A stretch of DNA of 64,000 nt from Candidatus Multivoradales bacterium. Lineage in GTDB: Bacteria > Acidobacteriota > Thermoanaerobaculia > Multivoradales > JAHEKO01. The stretch spans positions 384,001 to 448,000 of the forward strand of contig CBDFIJ010000004.1 of NCBI GenBank assembly GCA_965248055.1, given 5' to 3'. Below are positions 60,732 through 64,000 of this stretch, one piece after another (position 1 is the stretch's first letter; the number at the start of each line of letters is the position of its first letter). The translations under genes and the position numbers were made by a program. The notes under the pieces are model-generated. The model saw only the letters and a program-made list of their open reading frames with translations, was not told where the DNA came from and did not search any database.

Positions 60732-61781
60732 ATGTACCAACCAAACCTAGACAACTCCCATCACCAGGTCATCGACCTGAGAAGCGACACCGTTACCAAG
60801 CCCTCTCCGGGTATGCGTTCAGCGATGGCAGGAGCGGAGGTGGGGGACGACGTTTACGGCGAGGATCCGACGGTCTTAGCCCTTGAACAACGGGTAGCGG
60901 AACTGTGCAAAAAGGAAGCGGGGCTTTTCCTTCCTTCCGGCACCCAAAGCAATCTGGTGGCCCTTTTGACCCACTGTGGGCGCGGAGAGGAAGTCTTGGT
61001 CGGCGACACTTACCACAGCTACACCTTTGAATCGGGCGGTGCTTCCGCGTTGGGCGGCATCGTCCTTTGGCCGTTGGCGACTGACGACAACGGCGGATTG
61101 ACTCCTGACCAAGTCAAAGCAGCGATCAAACCCGACCATACCTGGTTTGCCAAGACCAAATTGCTGGCTCTCGAGAACACCGTTTGGGGACAGGTGCAAT
61201 CGGTAGAACTGATCCACGAATTGTCCGCAACCGCTCACGCCCAGAACCTCTCGGTACATCTGGACGGGGCACGGGTGTGGCATGCCGCGGTCGCTTTGGG
61301 GGTGCCCGTGGCTGAGATCACCAAGTCGGTCGACAGCGTATCCACCTGCCTGTCCAAAGGACTGGGGGCACCGGCGGGCTCGGTTCTGTGCGGTTCTAAG
61401 CCTTTCATCCGCCAGGCACAACGGGCCCGCAAGGTGCTTGGCGGCGGAATGCGCCAAGTCGGAGTCCTAGCAGCCTGCGGCTTGTACGCCTTGGACCATA
61501 ACCTTCCACGCCTCAACCAAGATCATGCGAAGGCGAGCAAGCTAGCCGCAGGCCTCCGCGATATTCCGAATCTCAAAGTACACAGTGGTGACACCAACAT
61601 GATCTTTCTCGAGCCAACCGAGAATGACCGTCAGGCCCTGGTTCAATCTCTGGCCAGTGCCGGAATTCTGGTGGGGCCACCTGAGCAGAAGATTCGCGTC
61701 GTGGCACATCTGGACATCGCGACCGACGACATCAGCCACGTGGTTGAGCAGATCCGAGACTTTTACCGGCAGGCGCCGTAA
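60732..61781 (+). CDS. ltaE: Low-specificity L-threonine aldolase
   Basis: IDLRSDTVT, GDDVYGEDPT, SGTQSN, HLDGAR, CLSKGLGAP. Confidence 0.95.
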   Translation: MYQPNLDNSHHQVIDLRSDTVTKPSPGMRSAMAGAEVGDDVYGEDPTVLALEQRVAELCKKEAGLFLPSGTQSNLVALLTHCGRGEEVLVGDTYHSYTFESGGASALGGIVLWPLATDDNGGLTPDQVKAAIKPDHTWFAKTKLLALENTVWGQVQSVELIHELSATAHAQNLSVHLDGARVWHAAVALGVPVAEITKSVDSVSTCLSKGLGAPAGSVLCGSKPFIRQAQRARKVLGGGMRQVGVLAACGLYALDHNLPRLNQDHAKASKLAAGLRDIPNLKVHSGDTNMIFLEPTENDRQALVQSLASAGILVGPPEQKIRVVAHLDIATDDISHVVEQIRDFYRQAP

Positions 61782-61967
61782 CACAGACCGAACCGACGGG
61801 CATCGATAGTCACGACAACGGCTCGCTTAGCCCGGGAGAAGTGACCCCAAACGTTCCACCACCGAAAAAGCATCGTGGACCGTAGAGGCTATCGGTAGGC
61901 TATTGTTGCCGGAGACCTGGGCGGTGCAAGTTGCAACGAAACGGAACCCTTCAGACCAAGTACCATC

Positions 61968-62777
61968 ATGCCGAGAAACCGTGACATCAAAGAACTCTCA
62001 GTAGCAGACCGATATCAGCTCTACCAGAATGCCGTACAGGCTCCCGAAACCGATATCGAGTTCTTTGAAGAGCGATTCATCGAGGCCCACGGCCATCGAC
62101 CGATGCGTCTGCGCGAAGACTTCGCGGGCGCTGCGTTCTTGTCCACCACCTGGGCGACCAGTGACCCGGAACGCTCAGCGCTAGCGGTGGATCTTGACCC
62201 GGAACCAGTGGCCTGGGGTTTCAAACACAACCTGGATCATGGCAACCATCCGGCTGCGGATAGGGTGCAGCAGATCATCGGTGACGTTCGAGAGCCGCAC
62301 GGCGAAGACTTCGACGTGGTTTGCGCCATGAATTTCAGCTTTTGCATTCTGCAAGAGCGGCAAGAACTGCGGGAGTATCTAAAGACTGCATTTTTCTCTT
62401 TGGTGGACGAAGGAGTATTGTTTCTAGAACTCTGCGGCGGCACCGAGGTCATGACCGAAGCCACCGAGGAGCGGGTGATAGAGGGTGGCACCTACATCTG
62501 GGAACAAGCCTCGTTCAATCCGATCAACCACGAACTCACCTGCTATATCCATTTCGTGCTTGAAAATGGAACGCGACTGGATCGAGCTTTCGAGTACACC
62601 TGGCGTCTGTGGAGCATCCCCGAGATCCGCGAGCTGCTCCAAGAAGTCGGCTTCACCAGCAGTGAGGTCTATTGGGAAGCGGTCAACGAAGACGGCGAAG
62701 GCACTGGTGAATACCACAACACCGAGAGCGAACAGAATCAAGAATCGTGGTTGGTTTACATCATCGGCTATCGGTGA
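61968..62777 (+). CDS. Class I SAM-dependent methyltransferase-like protein
   Basis: LYQ.AVQ, LREDFAG, VDLD, A.NFS, F.Y.WRLWSIPE. Confidence 0.75.
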   Translation: MPRNRDIKELSVADRYQLYQNAVQAPETDIEFFEERFIEAHGHRPMRLREDFAGAAFLSTTWATSDPERSALAVDLDPEPVAWGFKHNLDHGNHPAADRVQQIIGDVREPHGEDFDVVCAMNFSFCILQERQELREYLKTAFFSLVDEGVLFLELCGGTEVMTEATEERVIEGGTYIWEQASFNPINHELTCYIHFVLENGTRLDRAFEYTWRLWSIPEIRELLQEVGFTSSEVYWEAVNEDGEGTGEYHNTESEQNQESWLVYIIGYR

Positions 62778-62796
62778 CTTGACGCCCACCCTCCTC

Positions 62797-62911
62797 GTAG
62801 GGACGAGGTTGACCCCGCCCGCTAGTATCCCTAATGAGCTCCTCAGCCCCGGATGCAATCTACGCCATCGAGATCCCTCGACTCCGGCTTTCGGCCTCCG
62901 CTCAGGATGAC
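62797..62911. repeat. REP-like units
   Basis: GTAGGGACGAGG..CCCGCCC and GAGATCCCTCGACT..GCTCAGGATGAC (62870-62911), same family as at 48445 and 49637. Confidence 0.8.
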
Positions 62912-63098
62912 CAAACAGTGCCCCACTCCTTGGTGCGGAAACCTGCAAAGGGCGCCTCTACAACAAGACACAGATCACTCCGTGATCCCGGCGAAAGTGC
63001 GGAAAAGGGGCCGGGGTCTGCCCCCTGGCGAACCCCAATCAACCGTTCCCACCTCAGAAAAGCACTCAATCCAAGTTTCCAGTATCGTTCCGACCATC

Positions 63099-64000
63099 AT
63101 GACCAACCAAGCTTCCTTCCCCACCGACCTTGTTCATTTCCGCCTGGCAGCCCTTGCCGCGACCGTGCTTTTGTCCTTCTCCTGTTCCACGCCCGAAGCG
63201 CCGACGATTGACCCTCAAGCGCATTTGCAGGAGATCGAAACATGGCGGAAGGAGCGGGTGGCAGCACTGAGCAAGCCCAATGGTTGGCCCTCCTTAGTAG
63301 CTCTGCACTGGTTGGAAAAAGATGTTGAAACCTTCGGCTCGTCTGCCGACGCCGATTTGCTCCTTCCAGGAAGCGACGACTCCATCTGGGGAACTTTTGT
63401 CACCACCGGAGGCCAAGTGCAGATGGAAGCGGAGCCGGGCGCTGGAGTCACTCTCGACGGAATTTCGATCGAGCAACTGGAATTGGTTTCCGATGTCGAC
63501 GGTGAGCCGACGATCTTGCAGCGAGGGCCGATTCAGTTCTACTTGATCGATCGCAACGGTGAGTTGGCGATCCGCGCCAAGGACTTGAGTTGGATGGACA
63601 AAGTCGGTCCACCGCATATTGAGTCCTTCCCGATCGACCCCGGCTACCGAGTGAATGCGCGCTGGGTTGCTTACGATCCGCCCAAGCAGATTCCGGTTCT
63701 CAATATTATCGGCCAACGAGCCGACCAGGATTCTCCTGGAGCGATTGAATTTGAGATCGATGGATCCAGCTATCGACTCGATGCGCTATACACCCCGGAG
63801 CGCATGTTCTTGATTGTTGGAGATCAAACCAACGGTGACACCACCTACGGTGCGGGACGTTATCTATACGCGGGTCCGGTCGTCGACGGTCGCGTGACCG
63901 TCGACTTCAACTTGCTCTACAACCCACCGTGTGTGTTTACCGAGTTTGCTACCTGCGAACTGCCACCACGGCAAAACAAACTACCCATTGAGTTGTCGGT
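63099..64000 (+). CDS. DUF1684 lipoprotein (3' end outside window)
   Basis: Open frame to the edge; W..ER...L...GW.SL..LHW, TNG.TTYG.GRYL, DFN..YNPPC.F..FATC.LPP..N.L. Confidence 0.85.
   Translation, partial: MTNQASFPTDLVHFRLAALAATVLLSFSCSTPEAPTIDPQAHLQEIETWRKERVAALSKPNGWPSLVALHWLEKDVETFGSSADADLLLPGSDDSIWGTFVTTGGQVQMEAEPGAGVTLDGISIEQLELVSDVDGEPTILQRGPIQFYLIDRNGELAIRAKDLSWMDKVGPPHIESFPIDPGYRVNARWVAYDPPKQIPVLNIIGQRADQDSPGAIEFEIDGSSYRLDALYTPERMFLIVGDQTNGDTTYGAGRYLYAGPVVDGRVTVDFNLLYNPPCVFTEFATCELPPRQNKLPIELS

Overview
About 64 kb of GC-rich bacterial chromosome. The gene repertoire (Oar-type TonB-dependent receptor, acidobacterial-type VWA protein, Thr-type sulfatase, complete Ccm system I operon) suggests Acidobacteriota or a similar diderm lineage; this is inference only. 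Core content: ccmABCDEFGHI followed by ychF, an isolated infC with an ATT start, a folM/folB-folX/folK pterin cluster, moaB, upp, ltaE, an orphan HMG-CoA synthase, skp, a MacAB-type ABC exporter with two permeases, and M16, M28 and C69 peptidases. Two genes run off the ends (DUF3604-like on the left, DUF1684 on the right). Non-coding signals are the richest part. A same-orientation GGCACCTATT-like motif separates small minus-strand accessory genes in a cassette-like pattern around 23-30 kb, next to a MITE, an IS3 element and a 48-aa zinc-finger microprotein. There is also a palindromic element spanning the ccmE-ccmF junction, REP mosaics around upp, a dispersed 28-bp hairpin, and many 12-18-bp microduplications. 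Two genes carry frameshifts that may be real or sequencing artefacts. No rRNA, tRNA or CRISPR array was seen.
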